The position numbers and the translations under genes are program-made. Below are positions 30,680 through 43,782 of a DNA stretch of 64,000 nt, in pieces. The notes below the pieces were generated by a model. It was not told the DNA's origin. It saw nothing but the letters and a program-made list of their open reading frames with translations, and searched no databases. The stretch is from Alphaproteobacteria bacterium (GTDB taxonomy: Bacteria; Pseudomonadota; Alphaproteobacteria; GCA-2731375). The stretch's first letter is position 1. Each line of letters begins with the position of its first letter. The stretch spans positions 1,792,001 to 1,856,000 of the forward strand of contig CBDDPY010000002.1 of assembly GCA_965232515.1 (NCBI GenBank). The letters run 5' to 3'.

Positions 30680-31177
30680 ATGGCGTTTCTGTCGAGCCAG
30701 CCCAGGCCTTGTACCGATCCCGATTGCCGCAGGCAGCATGCGCCGGCGGAACGGGTTGCGCTGGCAAAGTCCCTCTGCGGCGCGCAACTTACAAAACTGC
30801 GGCGCCAGATACTGGAACTGCTCTGGGAGAGCGGTCGCCCGATGGGCGCCTACGAACTGATCGAAGCGCTGAAGCTCAGGGACTCTCGCCCGGTCGGACC
30901 GCCCACCGTCTACCGGACGCTTGAGTTTCTGATATCCCAGAAGCTCGTCTCGAAGATCGAGAGCCGGAACGCTTACGTACCCCGCGCGCATCCGGAGCGC
31001 CGGCATGACTGCATTTTCTTCATCTGTAGCAACTGCGGGTCGTCGGTCGAGTTGGAGGACCTGCCGCTTGAGCGCCTGATCTCCAAGGATGCCGCCCTTA
31101 TCGGGTTCCGCCCAACACGGCGCGTGGTCGAAGTCGAGGGCACCTGCGCGAGTTGCATCTCGGCCGGTGCGTCCTGA
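30680..31177 (+). CDS. zur: Fur family regulator, Zur-like
   Basis: LTKLRRQILELL, GAYEL, PPTVYRTLEFL, IESRNAY, CSNC and CASC structural zinc motifs. Confidence 0.82.
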   Translation: MAFLSSQPRPCTDPDCRRQHAPAERVALAKSLCGAQLTKLRRQILELLWESGRPMGAYELIEALKLRDSRPVGPPTVYRTLEFLISQKLVSKIESRNAYVPRAHPERRHDCIFFICSNCGSSVELEDLPLERLISKDAALIGFRPTRRVVEVEGTCASCISAGAS

Positions 31178-31197
31178 ACAGGAAAGAGGGGCATGCC

Positions 31198-31449
31198 ATG
31201 GAAAGCTGGGATCTCGATGGACCGGTTGCCAATCACGGTGTCCAGCACATCTTCCACCCAGCGGTCATGCTGAAGGAATGGCCGATTGAAGACATCAGCT
31301 CCCGGATCGTCTTCATCACGCGAGATATCGACGAATCCGCGCTCCGAGACACGCTGAAGATGTTCGGGACCAGCAAGGTCCGGCAGCCGAAAATCCTGCC
31401 CGTCGAGACGGGCGACAGCGACGTCGCCATGTTCGAGGTGCGGAGATGA
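31198..31449 (+). pseudogene. isolated C-terminal fragment of a CobW/COG0523 protein
   Basis: HGVQHIFHPAVMLKEWP...SRIVFITRDIDE matches the end of CobW_C domains; no GTPase domain precedes it. Confidence 0.65.
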
Positions 31450-31643
31450 CGCTATGCCTGACCAATACGCTGACCAAGACGAAAGAGCTTTTCTCGCCGG
31501 CGGATGCCCAGCGGTCCATCTTAGACAGCTTTGGGTTTCTCGAAGATTGGGCCGAGCGCTACCAGTACCTGTCGCCATTCCCGGAGACGAAGCGGATCGA
31601 GGCCAACCGGCTGCATGGCTGTCAGGCCGGGGGAAGCGCATAA
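31446..31643 (+). pseudogene. sufE: truncated SufE (Fe-S metabolism) fragment
   Basis: FGFLEDWAERYQYL...NRLHGCQ. Lacks the usual IxLGxxL segment and everything after GCQ. Confidence 0.65.
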
Positions 31644-32122
31644 TGGATCTCGACCTATACAACAAACAGATCCTGCGGCTTGCCGCGTCGATACCCCGAG
31701 TCGGCCGGCTGGCGGCTCCCGACGCGTCGGCAACCGCGCATAGCCGGCTTTGCGGCAGCCGGATCACCGTCGATCTCAAGCTCGATGGCGATGTCATCAC
31801 CGACTACGCCCACGAGCTCAAAGCCTGTGCCATCGGGCAAGCGGTCGCCTCCGTCATTGCCAAGGTTGTCGTTGGCCTGACCATCGATCAGGTGGACGAG
31901 GGCGAAGGAATTCTGCGTGCCATTCTCCGGGACAAGACGCTCCCGCCGCCGGGGCCCTGGGTCGAACTCGAGCCATTCCTACCGGTCGCGGACGTCAGCA
32001 GCCGCCATGGCTCGGCGTCGCTTCCCTTCCAGGCGTTGCAGCGCGCAATTGCGGAGGCGGGCCATGGGCGCGCCGGGCAGCGACCCGCCGTGGTGAGCTT
32101 CGGGCAGGTCGCACGGACATGA
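31643..32122 (+). CDS. IscU/SufU-like Fe-S cluster scaffold protein
   Basis: LYNKQILRLAA, SRLCGSRITVDL, ACAIGQA, RHGSASLPF; coupled to the SufE fragment (TAATG). Confidence 0.8.
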   Translation: MDLDLYNKQILRLAASIPRVGRLAAPDASATAHSRLCGSRITVDLKLDGDVITDYAHELKACAIGQAVASVIAKVVVGLTIDQVDEGEGILRAILRDKTLPPPGPWVELEPFLPVADVSSRHGSASLPFQALQRAIAEAGHGRAGQRPAVVSFGQVART

Positions 32123-32237
32123 CTAAACGCCCCTCCCTGGGCACTCGCACATTCAGGATGGCGTCGTTATCAATTCCAAGTCTGGCGCTGCTGTCACCAT
32201 CGGCGAGCGGACGACGATCGCCGCCGTTTCTACACCC

Positions 32238-33785
<1,548 letters not shown>

Positions 33786-33861
33786 GCGGGAAACTAGCCG
33801 TCGCGTACGGCAGGAGTCCAGATCCGCAACGCCGGCGTGAAAGTAATTCTCTGGCCGTCGG

Positions 33862-34323
33862 TCAGTTCGTCTGCCGCGCTCTGTAGTCCGTAACCGAGCG
33901 GCTCAACTGCTCGTACTCGGCACAGACCCGGTCGCAGCGCCGGCCGAGGCGTTCCAGCGTGGTTTCCGCCGCCTCCAGCTCGCCAACGTCGAGCTGGGCC
34001 TGGCCCTGCAGCTGCAACGCCGACAGATGGCTGGGTTCGATTTCCAACGCGATGCGGGAGTATTTCAACGCCTTCTGGCTGTTGCCGAGCTGCCGGTGCG
34101 ACTGGCCGAGCGCCGTATAGCTGTCGGGATTCTTCGGGTCGGCGACGATGGCGCGCTCGAGCTGGATCACCGCCGCGTCATAGTCGTCGGCCTGCATGGC
34201 GTTCAGGCCCGCCTTCAGATTCAGCTGCACCGGCGCCTTCGCCTGCTCGGCGGTCGCACAGCCCGGCGCCAGCGTGAACGCGACGAGCCAGCCGACGGCA
34301 ACGGTGCGGCGCAAGGCCGGCAT
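33862..34323 (-). CDS. exported TPR protein
   Basis: Signal-like N-terminus, TPR helices (ALEIEPSH), C-terminal CDRVCAEY. Confidence 0.75.
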   Translation of the reverse strand: MPALRRTVAVGWLVAFTLAPGCATAEQAKAPVQLNLKAGLNAMQADDYDAAVIQLERAIVADPKNPDSYTALGQSHRQLGNSQKALKYSRIALEIEPSHLSALQLQGQAQLDVGELEAAETTLERLGRRCDRVCAEYEQLSRSVTDYRARQTN

Positions 34324-34343
34324 CGAATTGCGGGCAGTCGCGA

Positions 34344-34823
34344 TCAGCTCGAGCTCCTCTTCTTCTTGTACTCGGCGACGGCCTTCTTCAGCGCCGAATA
34401 CTCGTTGCAGCCGAACAGGCAGATATCGTCGAGCTTGGCCAGATGCTCCTCGGCCTTGGCCAGGTTGTCGACCAACAGATAAGCCTCGCCCAGATATTCG
34501 TGCGCGCCCTTGTGCTTCGGATCGATCTCCAACGCCCGGGCGTAATGCTCGAACGCGACGTCGTAATTGCCCAACTTGCGGTTGGCGAAACCGAGGTAAT
34601 TCCAGGCGTCGGCGTTCTTGGCATCGCTCTCGACCACCTTCGTGAACGCCTCGATGGCGGCCTGCCAATCCATTGCCTGGATCGCCTTGCTGCCCATCTG
34701 ATAGGTGTCGCTCTGGCCGACGGCCGAGGTATCCGAGCTCATGGCCAAAACCGGCGCCGCCGCGGCCGACATGCCGGCGGACAGCACCGCGGCGAACAAT
34801 ACGCGCCTGAGACACTGCATCAT
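34344..34823 (-). CDS. exported TPR protein
   Basis: Signal peptide; NADAWNYLG, ALEIDPKHKGAHEYLGEAYL, CLFGCNEY. Confidence 0.85.
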   Translation of the reverse strand: MMQCLRRVLFAAVLSAGMSAAAAPVLAMSSDTSAVGQSDTYQMGSKAIQAMDWQAAIEAFTKVVESDAKNADAWNYLGFANRKLGNYDVAFEHYARALEIDPKHKGAHEYLGEAYLLVDNLAKAEEHLAKLDDICLFGCNEYSALKKAVAEYKKKRSSS

Positions 34824-34903
34824 CTTCTCCCACGACGTGCGATTCCAGGTTTCGCTGGAACGGCTATATACCTAGTCCGAGGCGGCAGATTCGTCCAGAG
34901 CGG

Positions 34904-36199
34904 CTAGCACCCCACGCGTGACATTATCGCCACAAAAAAGCCGTCGGTGCCGTGCCGATTTGGCGTCAGCAGGATCATATCTTCGTCATCGGGCGCGTGA
35001 TCGCCGACCGTCTGGCGCCAGATGTCCGGTGCGGGCATCAGTTCGAAACCGGGCACTCGTCGCAGGAACGCGGCGATCTGGTCCTCGTTTTCCTGCACCA
35101 GAACGGAACAGGTCGCATAAATCAGCCGTCCGCCGGGTCGAATCAGCGCGGCGGCGGCGTCCAGAAGCGCGGACTGGGTCCGGATATCGGCATCGACGGC
35201 CGCCCGGCTCAACCGCCAGCGGGCCTCCGGCCGGCGCCGCCAGGCGCCGGTGCCGCTGCACGGCGCATCGACCAGCACCCGGTCGGCCTTTCCGCGCAGT
35301 TCCGAGAGCCAGGGGTCGTCCAAGCCGCGGATCACCCGCATCTGAAGGTTTCGCGCACCCGATCGCTGCAAGCGCGGCGTCAGGCGTTGCAGCCGCCGCC
35401 GGTCGGCGTCCAGCGCATAGACCTGACCGGTGTTCGCCATATCGGCGGCCAAAGCCAACGACTTGCCCCCCGCGCCGGCGCAGAGATCGACAACCTGCTG
35501 CTGCCGTTCGGCCGCGGTCAGCAGGGCGACGATCTGCGACCCCTCGTCCTGCGGCTCGACATGGCCGTCGCGCATCAGCGGATGCGCCGCCAGCGCCGGA
35601 CGCCCGGCCAGCCGCACGCATGTCGGCGACCACAGTCCGGGCACGGCCTCGATGCCGTCGTCGGCCAGCCGCTTGAGCACTGCCTCCCGCGTGGTTTTCA
35701 GCGTGTTGACGCGCAGGTCGACCGGCGCCCGCTCGTTCAATGCCCGGCATTCCGGATCGACGTCGGCGCCGAAGCGCCGGGTCAGGTCGGGCCAGAGCCA
35801 GTCCGGGATGTTGACGCGGGCCGCCTCGGGCGGCACGGCGTCGCGGTTCCTTCGCAGCCCGGCCACGAGCGCCCGCTCCTCGGCATCGAGCGGCGCCGGC
35901 GCGTAGCGGTCGCCGGTGAACACGGCTTCAGGACCATCGGTCGCTACGTCGGCGTCGGCGAGCGCGAGATGCGCCAGCAACAGCCCGCGCCCATCCGTCG
36001 GGCCGCCCAGACGCCAGCGCAGTTCGCCCTGCCGCCGCAGCACCGCGTAGACCAGATCGGTGATCGCGCCCCGGTCCTTGGCGCCGGCATAGCGCCGGGC
36101 CTTGAAGAAGGCGGCGACCGTGCGGTCCGCGGCCGACGGTCCGGACTCGATCTCATTTAGAAGATCGATCGCCGCCTGGACGCGGGCCGCCGGCGTCAT
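34904..36199 (-). CDS. RsmB/NOP family RNA m5C methyltransferase
   Basis: QDEGSQ, DLCAGAGGK, DAPCSGTG, YATCS, DGFF. Confidence 0.92.
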   Translation of the reverse strand: MTPAARVQAAIDLLNEIESGPSAADRTVAAFFKARRYAGAKDRGAITDLVYAVLRRQGELRWRLGGPTDGRGLLLAHLALADADVATDGPEAVFTGDRYAPAPLDAEERALVAGLRRNRDAVPPEAARVNIPDWLWPDLTRRFGADVDPECRALNERAPVDLRVNTLKTTREAVLKRLADDGIEAVPGLWSPTCVRLAGRPALAAHPLMRDGHVEPQDEGSQIVALLTAAERQQQVVDLCAGAGGKSLALAADMANTGQVYALDADRRRLQRLTPRLQRSGARNLQMRVIRGLDDPWLSELRGKADRVLVDAPCSGTGAWRRRPEARWRLSRAAVDADIRTQSALLDAAAALIRPGGRLIYATCSVLVQENEDQIAAFLRRVPGFELMPAPDIWRQTVGDHAPDDEDMILLTPNRHGTDGFFVAIMSRVGC

Positions 36200-36215
36200 T
36201 TGCGTACGGCCGCGT

Positions 36216-37724
<1,509 letters not shown>

Positions 37725-37773
37725 TCACGGCTTTGGTAGGGGCCAGAGGCGGCCAATCGGGGAATATTCGGCG

Positions 37774-38460
37774 CTATCGCCGGGTCGCCGTCTCCGCTTC
37801 CGCCTCGGCCTCGGCATGGAAGTCGCCGCCGACGCCGCCGGCCGAAATGTAGGGATACAGTTCGGCGAAAGTGTCGCGGATCTCGTCGAACGGCAGGTCG
37901 GCATAGACGCCGCGATCGCGCACATACTCCATGTGCTTGCGTCCGTCCGCGTCGAACGGATGGAAGATGGAATCGTTGACGCCGTCGAAGTCGAGCGGCA
38001 ACACCCGGAACTTTTCACACAGGCCGATATTGAAAGCGGGCGTCGCCTTCACCCATTTGCCGTCGAGGTAGACGTCGGTATAGCCGTGGAAGGCGAACAC
38101 GTCGGTGCCCATCATCTGCCGCAGCCGCTCGGTGACGAGGTGGTTTCGAACATCGGCGAAGCCGAGCCGGGCTGGAATGCCGTCGGCCCTGAGACAGGCC
38201 GCCAGCAGCACGGCCTTGGTGACGCAGAAGCCGTAACCACGGTGCAGACAGGTGCTGGCGCGAAATCCCTCGGGCCGCATCTCGACGGCATAGGGGTCGT
38301 AGCGGAAGTTGTCACGCACGGCATAGAACAGCTTCAGCGCCCGGTCGTGGTCGCCGACGGCTGCGCCCGCCGTCTCGGCCGTGAAGGCGACGATGTCGGC
38401 ATGGTCGCTGTCGATATACGCGGTCGGCCGCAGATAGGCCGCAAATTCGTCTGCCGGCAT
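37774..38460 (-). CDS. transglutaminase-like protein
   Basis: GFCVTKA (Cys), FHGY (His), WVKATPAFN. Confidence 0.85.
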   Translation of the reverse strand: MPADEFAAYLRPTAYIDSDHADIVAFTAETAGAAVGDHDRALKLFYAVRDNFRYDPYAVEMRPEGFRASTCLHRGYGFCVTKAVLLAACLRADGIPARLGFADVRNHLVTERLRQMMGTDVFAFHGYTDVYLDGKWVKATPAFNIGLCEKFRVLPLDFDGVNDSIFHPFDADGRKHMEYVRDRGVYADLPFDEIRDTFAELYPYISAGGVGGDFHAEAEAEAETATRR

Positions 38461-38543
38461 GATGATGATACCGCCTCGGTGTACCGGCCGCGGCGCGCGG
38501 CCCAGGAACTAGCTCAACATATAAAGCATCCGGCCGCCCGCGC

Positions 38544-39239
38544 CTATGCGTCGTCGGCCGCCCGGAACCCGGTCGCGATCAGATAGAGCTCGGCCGAGTC
38601 GGCGCGGCTCGCCGCCGGCTTGGCGTGGCGCACGCTGCTGAAACGGCGTTTCAGCTCCGCCAGCAGGTCGTTCTCGGTGCCGCCTTGCCAGACCTTGGCG
38701 ACGAAAGCGCCGCCCGGCTTCAGGACATGCAGCGCCAGGTCGGCCGCCGCCTCGACCAGCGCCATGATGCGCAAGTGGTCCGTGCCGCGATGGCCGGTCG
38801 CCGGCGGCGCCATGTCGCTCAGCACGATGTCGGCCGGCCCGCCGAGCGCCGCCCGCAACCGCGCCACCGCGTCCGGCGCGTTGATGTCGCAGACCAACGT
38901 CTCGGCGCCGGCGATCGGGTCCATCTCGACGATGTCGACGGCCAGCACCGACCCACCGTGGCCGACGCCGGCCACAGCCACCTGGGTCCAACCACCGGGC
39001 GCCGCGCCCAGGTCGACGACCGTCTGGCCCGGCTTGAACAGGCCGTATTTGTCGTCGAGCTCGGTCAGCTTGAACGCGGCCCGCGAGCGATAGCCCTCCC
39101 GCTGGGCCGCCGCCACGTAGGGATCGTTGAGCTGGCGCTGCAGCCAGCGGGTCGACGACAGCTTGCGCCCCTTCGCGGTCTTGACCCGCACGTGTGTCTG
39201 GCGGGCCCCCGATCCGCCCGATTTCTTTCGCGGTGGCAA
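38544..39239 (-). CDS. rlmE: 23S rRNA Um2552 methyltransferase
   Basis: [43 protein letters not shown]. Confidence 0.96.
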   Translation of the reverse strand: MPPRKKSGGSGARQTHVRVKTAKGRKLSSTRWLQRQLNDPYVAAAQREGYRSRAAFKLTELDDKYGLFKPGQTVVDLGAAPGGWTQVAVAGVGHGGSVLAVDIVEMDPIAGAETLVCDINAPDAVARLRAALGGPADIVLSDMAPPATGHRGTDHLRIMALVEAAADLALHVLKPGGAFVAKVWQGGTENDLLAELKRRFSSVRHAKPAASRADSAELYLIATGFRAADDA

Positions 39240-39243
39240 GGGG

Positions 39244-40332
39244 TCAGTCGGCCGCGGCGGCGGCCATGCCGTTGTCGGCGGCCTGCATCATCGCCAGCAA
39301 CAGCCCCTCGCGCACGCCCCGGTCGGCGACGCGCAACCGGCCAACCGGCCATGTCCGGCAGATCGCCGCCAGGATGGCGCAGCCGGCCACCACCAGGTCG
39401 GCCCGCTCGCGGCCGATGCAGGGGTTGGCGGCCCGGGCGTCGTAGGACATGGCGCGGATCCGCTCGGAGACATCGAAGGCGTGGTCGAAGGACAGCCACA
39501 GGCCGTCGACGCGGCTACGGTCGTAGCGCGGCAGCCCCAGATGCACGCCGGCGAGCGTCGTCACCGTGCCGGACGTGCCCAGCATCTGCACCCGGTCCCG
39601 GGCCAGCACGCCGCCAAGGCCATGCTCGGAATCGAACTGCTGCAGCACGGCCCGCACCTCGCCGACCATGCGCTCATAGAGATCGGCGCTGACATCGATG
39701 CCGCCATAGCGCTCGGCCAGCGTCACCACGCCGCAAGGCAGCGACATCCAGGCGACGACCTCGACGCTGCCGCCGTGCGGCACCCTTAGCCAGGTCAGTT
39801 CGGTGCTGCCGCCGCCGATATCGAAAACCAGCGCCTGCCGGGCCGCCGGATCGAGCAGCGGCGCACAGCCGTCGACCGCCAGCCGTGCTTCCTCGCCCGA
39901 CGAAATGATGTCGAGCTGCAGCCCGGTTTCACGATTGACCCGGTCCAGAAACTCATCGCAGTTGTCGGCTTGGCGGCAGGCTTGCGTCGCCACGTTGCGC
40001 GACAGCGTGACGCCGCGCCGGCGCATCTTCCGGGCGCAGATCTTGAGCGCCGAGATGGTGCGCGCCATGGCCTCGTTCGAGAGCCGGCCCGTGGCGCCGA
40101 CCCCCTCGCCCAGCCGCACGATGCGCGAGAACGCATCGATCACGCGAAAGCCGTCCCGGGTCGGCTTCGCCACCAGCAGCCGGCAATTGTTGGTGCCCAG
40201 ATCGAGCGCGGCGTAGGTATGGCCCCAACGGCCACCGCGGCGCTGCCGGTCGCCCGCCGGCCAGCGTCGCCCATGCGGTCGCCGACCGCTGGACGGCTCG
40301 GATGGCGCGTCGGACTCGCTGCGCATCGCCAC
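39244..40332 (-). CDS. ppx: Ppx/GppA family phosphatase
   Basis: [37 protein letters not shown]. Confidence 0.9.
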   Translation of the reverse strand: MAMRSESDAPSEPSSGRRPHGRRWPAGDRQRRGGRWGHTYAALDLGTNNCRLLVAKPTRDGFRVIDAFSRIVRLGEGVGATGRLSNEAMARTISALKICARKMRRRGVTLSRNVATQACRQADNCDEFLDRVNRETGLQLDIISSGEEARLAVDGCAPLLDPAARQALVFDIGGGSTELTWLRVPHGGSVEVVAWMSLPCGVVTLAERYGGIDVSADLYERMVGEVRAVLQQFDSEHGLGGVLARDRVQMLGTSGTVTTLAGVHLGLPRYDRSRVDGLWLSFDHAFDVSERIRAMSYDARAANPCIGRERADLVVAGCAILAAICRTWPVGRLRVADRGVREGLLLAMMQAADNGMAAAAAD

Positions 40333-40464
40333 GGACGAAATCCCCCTTTTTTTCTTAGGTTAACACTTTTCCGCCGATTGTCTGTATTCAACAGCATCCA
40401 GCTTGGCGTCACGTTAACCCGGGGATCGAACGCCGGTCGCCGCCGTGAACGGCCGGCGGTTCTG

Positions 40465-40493
40465 TTGACAACCCGCCACCGCCTTCTTAAGAA
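40465..40493 (+). promoter_or_regulatory. sigma70 promoter of tRNA-Gln
   Basis: TTGACA-N17-TAAGAA about 40 nt upstream of the tRNA. Confidence 0.7.
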
Positions 40494-40534
40494 CGGCTTT
40501 CGTAACCGATGGCTGCCTGCCGGCCACGCCCTGC

Positions 40535-40608
40535 TGGGGGATCGTCTAATGGTAGGACAGCGGACTCTGACTCCGTAAGTGGAGGTTCGAATCCTCCTCC
40601 CCCAGCCA
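40535..40608 (+). tRNA. tRNA-Gln (anticodon CTG)
   Basis: Acceptor TGGGGGA/TCCCCCA, D-loop TAATGGTA, anticodon arm GCGGA-CTCTGAC-TCCGT, T-arm GGAGG-TTCGAAT-CCTCC, encoded CCA. Confidence 0.97.
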
Positions 40609-40655
40609 GTTCCCTCGGACGTTTTTCGATTGACAGACGACAGCCAGGACCGGCG

Positions 40656-41801
40656 TCAGCCGGCCGCGGCCTGCGGCGTGTCGGAACCGCCGGCCGGGGC
40701 ATCCGGCTTGTTGCCGGTGGCGCGGACGCGCCAGAAGCGCATGGCGCGCTGGGCCATGGCGGGCGGGACCTTGTCGTAGAGACCCAGCAGGTCGGCGACA
40801 TCGTCGCCCTTGCGCGGCTGTTTGCCGCCTTCGGTGGTCAGCAGCAGAACCGTCGAGAAGGTCGAGCGGTCGAAACCCGTCGCCTTGCAGGCCACGACCA
40901 GCGCCTCGTGGCCCTCGTCGCTGATGATGCGCTTGGCGGTGGCGCTGTCGAGATCGCACAAGAGCGCGAAGGCGTAGACGAAATGCGCCGTCTGCTTCTC
41001 GCGCAGCAGCTTGATCATCATGGCTTCGTTGAGCTGGCCCAGACGCTGGAACCGGCGCACCTCACGCTCGGCCCGCGACATGGCGGCCTCGTTCGCTTGC
41101 GCCTCTTCCGCCATCTCCTTCTCCGTCTCCGCCAGCAGGGCGTCGACCTCGGCCTCGTCGATGTCGGTGACGGTCAGGATGTGTTCGCGCAGCGCCGACG
41201 ACACGAACCAGAACATCTCGTGCATCAGATCGGCCGGCACGTCGCTGCGCTGGACCAGCGGCGCCTGCAACACCTCACTGGTCTCCGACTTGGCGACCAA
41301 CGTTTCGACGGCGTTGCGCGAGAGCTGCGCGCCCTCGTTCTGGACCAGAGAGACCAGCACCTCGTCGCTGCCGTGCTCGACCAGCGCGTCGGCGACGCCC
41401 TCGCTGACCTCGTCGCGCCGGGTCACCGCCAATTGGTGTTCCTGGCCGCGCTCGCGGACGACCTCGATCAGCTCGGATTCGTCCAGCACCTTGCTGCGTT
41501 CCAGGATCGGCCGGGCCACCTCGATGGCGTCGTGCGCCAGCCGCTTGATCAGCTCGCGGGGCGCAAAGTCGACGTCGGCCAGGCGGTCCGACAGCTGCTC
41601 GCGCACCTTCGCTTCCACGTTGAAGGCGACCTTCTCCATTATATCGCCGCAGAGCGCACTTTCACGTTCGCTCAGCGGCTCCGACGGACCGATAAAGATA
41701 TCGGTGATCTCGGTCAGGAGTTCGCGCCGTTTCTCGCTCGACGGTTCGTTGGCGAGCTCGATCAAACGCTCGAGGTTTTGATGGGTCGTCATGGCTGACA
41801 C
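40656..41801 (-). CDS. DUF2336 family protein
   Basis: LAHDAIEVARPILERSKVL, HQLAVTRRDEVSEGVADALV, LVQNEGAQLS, AQRAMRFWR. Confidence 0.82.
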   Translation of the reverse strand: MSAMTTHQNLERLIELANEPSSEKRRELLTEITDIFIGPSEPLSERESALCGDIMEKVAFNVEAKVREQLSDRLADVDFAPRELIKRLAHDAIEVARPILERSKVLDESELIEVVRERGQEHQLAVTRRDEVSEGVADALVEHGSDEVLVSLVQNEGAQLSRNAVETLVAKSETSEVLQAPLVQRSDVPADLMHEMFWFVSSALREHILTVTDIDEAEVDALLAETEKEMAEEAQANEAAMSRAEREVRRFQRLGQLNEAMMIKLLREKQTAHFVYAFALLCDLDSATAKRIISDEGHEALVVACKATGFDRSTFSTVLLLTTEGGKQPRKGDDVADLLGLYDKVPPAMAQRAMRFWRVRATGNKPDAPAGGSDTPQAAAG

Positions 41802-42019
41802 GGTTCACGCAAAGGCTCTAGAACCTCGCAGAAATTCGTAAAGGAAGCGTAGTCCGGGGCCCCGGCCAGAGTGGTCCGGGCAACGCCGCCGGGCACACAA
41901 TCGGCTGGATTCCGCGTTTTTTTCGTCGGCACATCGGCAATGCGCCACCGTCGAATTACTCAATAAACTGCCTGAAGAAATATGGTTAACAACTTCTAAA
42001 CAATAGCATTTGCAGGCCT

Positions 42020-42535
42020 CTACGCGTACCACAGCGAGCGCGGCTTCGGCGTCATGCCGATGCGAACCCCAAACGAGACCAGCATGTTGACCACCCGCTC
42101 GTCGTCGCTGAGCGGACAGGTCAAGGCCTCGATCCGCAGTGTCTGGCCGCGCGACGTCAGCGTCTCGTAAGTCTGCAGGATCGGCCGGCGCTCGACCACG
42201 CTGCGGCGATAGCGTTCGCAGATCCCGTCGCGACCATAGTCCGCCGGCAGATCGCGAACCGACTCGCCGACCCTGACATCGAGGTCACGGACGATATCGC
42301 CGCCCAGCAGCCGGTAGCGAAAATCGAAGGGATCGTATGAGACATCGATCAGGGTCACGCTGGTCAACAGCTTGGGAATGTCGGTCGGGTCCAGATCGGC
42401 GCGGCGCGGCAACTCACGGTTGCCACGTCGGTCACACCAATAACGAAATCCCTCCCGAACGATCGCGGACTGGATTTCCGCGTCGAGCAGAGAACGCCAA
42501 TTCTGCGGCACCAACTTCTCCCCGGACCAGCCCAT
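42020..42535 (-). CDS. stand-alone PAS (PAS_5-like) domain protein
   Basis: YW..RRG...LPRRADLDPTDIPKLL, FRYRLLG, PLSDD. Confidence 0.75.
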   Translation of the reverse strand: MGWSGEKLVPQNWRSLLDAEIQSAIVREGFRYWCDRRGNRELPRRADLDPTDIPKLLTSVTLIDVSYDPFDFRYRLLGGDIVRDLDVRVGESVRDLPADYGRDGICERYRRSVVERRPILQTYETLTSRGQTLRIEALTCPLSDDERVVNMLVSFGVRIGMTPKPRSLWYA

Positions 42536-42678
42536 TCTTTGGCGGGCTTGCGGCCTCACGGCGGCGGAGTGTATCGCCTAAATCCGCAAGATGCGAGTGG
42601 CGGATGCAACCGGTACGTCCACCCCTTCCCGGCCGCGCCGGCGGCGCGCCGGAAGCCGCGCTTTGCATGCCTCTGGCC

Positions 42679-42695
42679 TTGGCGTATGGTTTGCC
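42679..42695 (+). promoter_or_regulatory. putative sigma54 (-24/-12) promoter
   Basis: TTGGCGTATGGTTTGC, exact GG-N10-GC spacing, 40 nt upstream of the FAH gene. Confidence 0.5.
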
Positions 42696-42734
42696 TGAGG
42701 AACGAACGCCGTCCGGCAATGGAGAAAAATCGAC

Positions 42735-43604
42735 ATGCGCATAATCAACTTCAGCAAGAATGGCACGCCGACCCTCGGCGTTCGCCGCAAAGACCAGATC
42801 GTCGATCTCTCCATCGCCGCGCCGTCGCTGCCGCGCGATCTGCGCGGACTCCTGGAAGCCGGCGACAAGGCGCTGGCCGAGGCGCAGCACGCGGCCGAGG
42901 CGGCCGGTGACGATGCGTTGGTGGCGGAGGACGGTCTGACCTACCTGCCGCCGATCGACAATGCCGACAAGTATCTCTGCATCGGCCTGAACTATGTCGA
43001 CCACGCCGAGGAGACCGGATCGCCAATCCCCGAATACCCCATCGTGTTCGTACGCATGCGGAATTCGCTGGCCGCGCACAACCAGCCGATGGAATGCGCC
43101 AAGGCGACGTCGCAATACGACTACGAGGCCGAGCTTGCCGTGATCGTCGGCAAGCGCACACCGCGCCACGTGCCGAAGGCGGAAGCCCTGAACTACGTCG
43201 CCGGCTATTCCTGCTTCAACGACGGCTCGCTGCGCGACTACCAGTTCAAGAGTCCGCAATGGACCATGGGCAAGAGCGCCGATGCCACCGGCGGCTTCGG
43301 ACCGGAATTCGTCAGCGCCGACGAGCTGCCGCCCGGCGGCGCGCCGCTCGCCATCAAGTGCCGGCTGAACGGCGAGACGCTGCAGAACTCGAACACCGAC
43401 AAGATGATCTTCGACACCGCAACGTTGATTTCGACGCTGAGCGAGCTGATGACGCTTGAGCCCGGCGACGTCATCATCACCGGCACGCCGCCCGGTGTCG
43501 GCGCGGCCCGCGACCCGCAGATCTTCATGAAGGGCGGCGACGTCTGCGAGATCGAGATCGAGGGCATCGGCACGTTGGTCAATCCGATCGTCGACGAAGC
43601 CTGA
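42735..43604 (+). CDS. fumarylacetoacetate hydrolase family protein
   Basis: CIGLNYVDHAEE, DYEAEL, WTMGK, LEPGDVIITGTPPGVG. Confidence 0.93.
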   Translation: MRIINFSKNGTPTLGVRRKDQIVDLSIAAPSLPRDLRGLLEAGDKALAEAQHAAEAAGDDALVAEDGLTYLPPIDNADKYLCIGLNYVDHAEETGSPIPEYPIVFVRMRNSLAAHNQPMECAKATSQYDYEAELAVIVGKRTPRHVPKAEALNYVAGYSCFNDGSLRDYQFKSPQWTMGKSADATGGFGPEFVSADELPPGGAPLAIKCRLNGETLQNSNTDKMIFDTATLISTLSELMTLEPGDVIITGTPPGVGAARDPQIFMKGGDVCEIEIEGIGTLVNPIVDEA

Positions 43605-43626
43605 CCCAAGGCAAACAACGGCAATG

Positions 43627-43656
43627 ACGGCGTCCTGCGGGGCGCCGTTTTTGTTT
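43627..43656 (+). terminator. Rho-independent terminator
   Basis: ACGGCGTCC-TGCG-GGGCGCCGT hairpin followed by TTTTGTTT, just after the FAH stop. Confidence 0.7.
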
Positions 43657-43782
43657 GCAAGCGCCCCGCTCCGATGCTGGCGCGAACGATCGCCAAACCC
43701 CTTTCAATTTCGTCTATTTCACTTAAATTCCATAACACGATGTGAAAAACTTTATTTCACACCTCAAGTATGGAAAATAGAC

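Noticed and set aside
33862-34833. 323-aa ORF apparently fusing across both TPR genes (similarly 62127-63455 across the cytochromes)
   Set aside because: The N-terminal extensions are off-frame readings of the upstream gene; each downstream gene has its own signal-peptide start.
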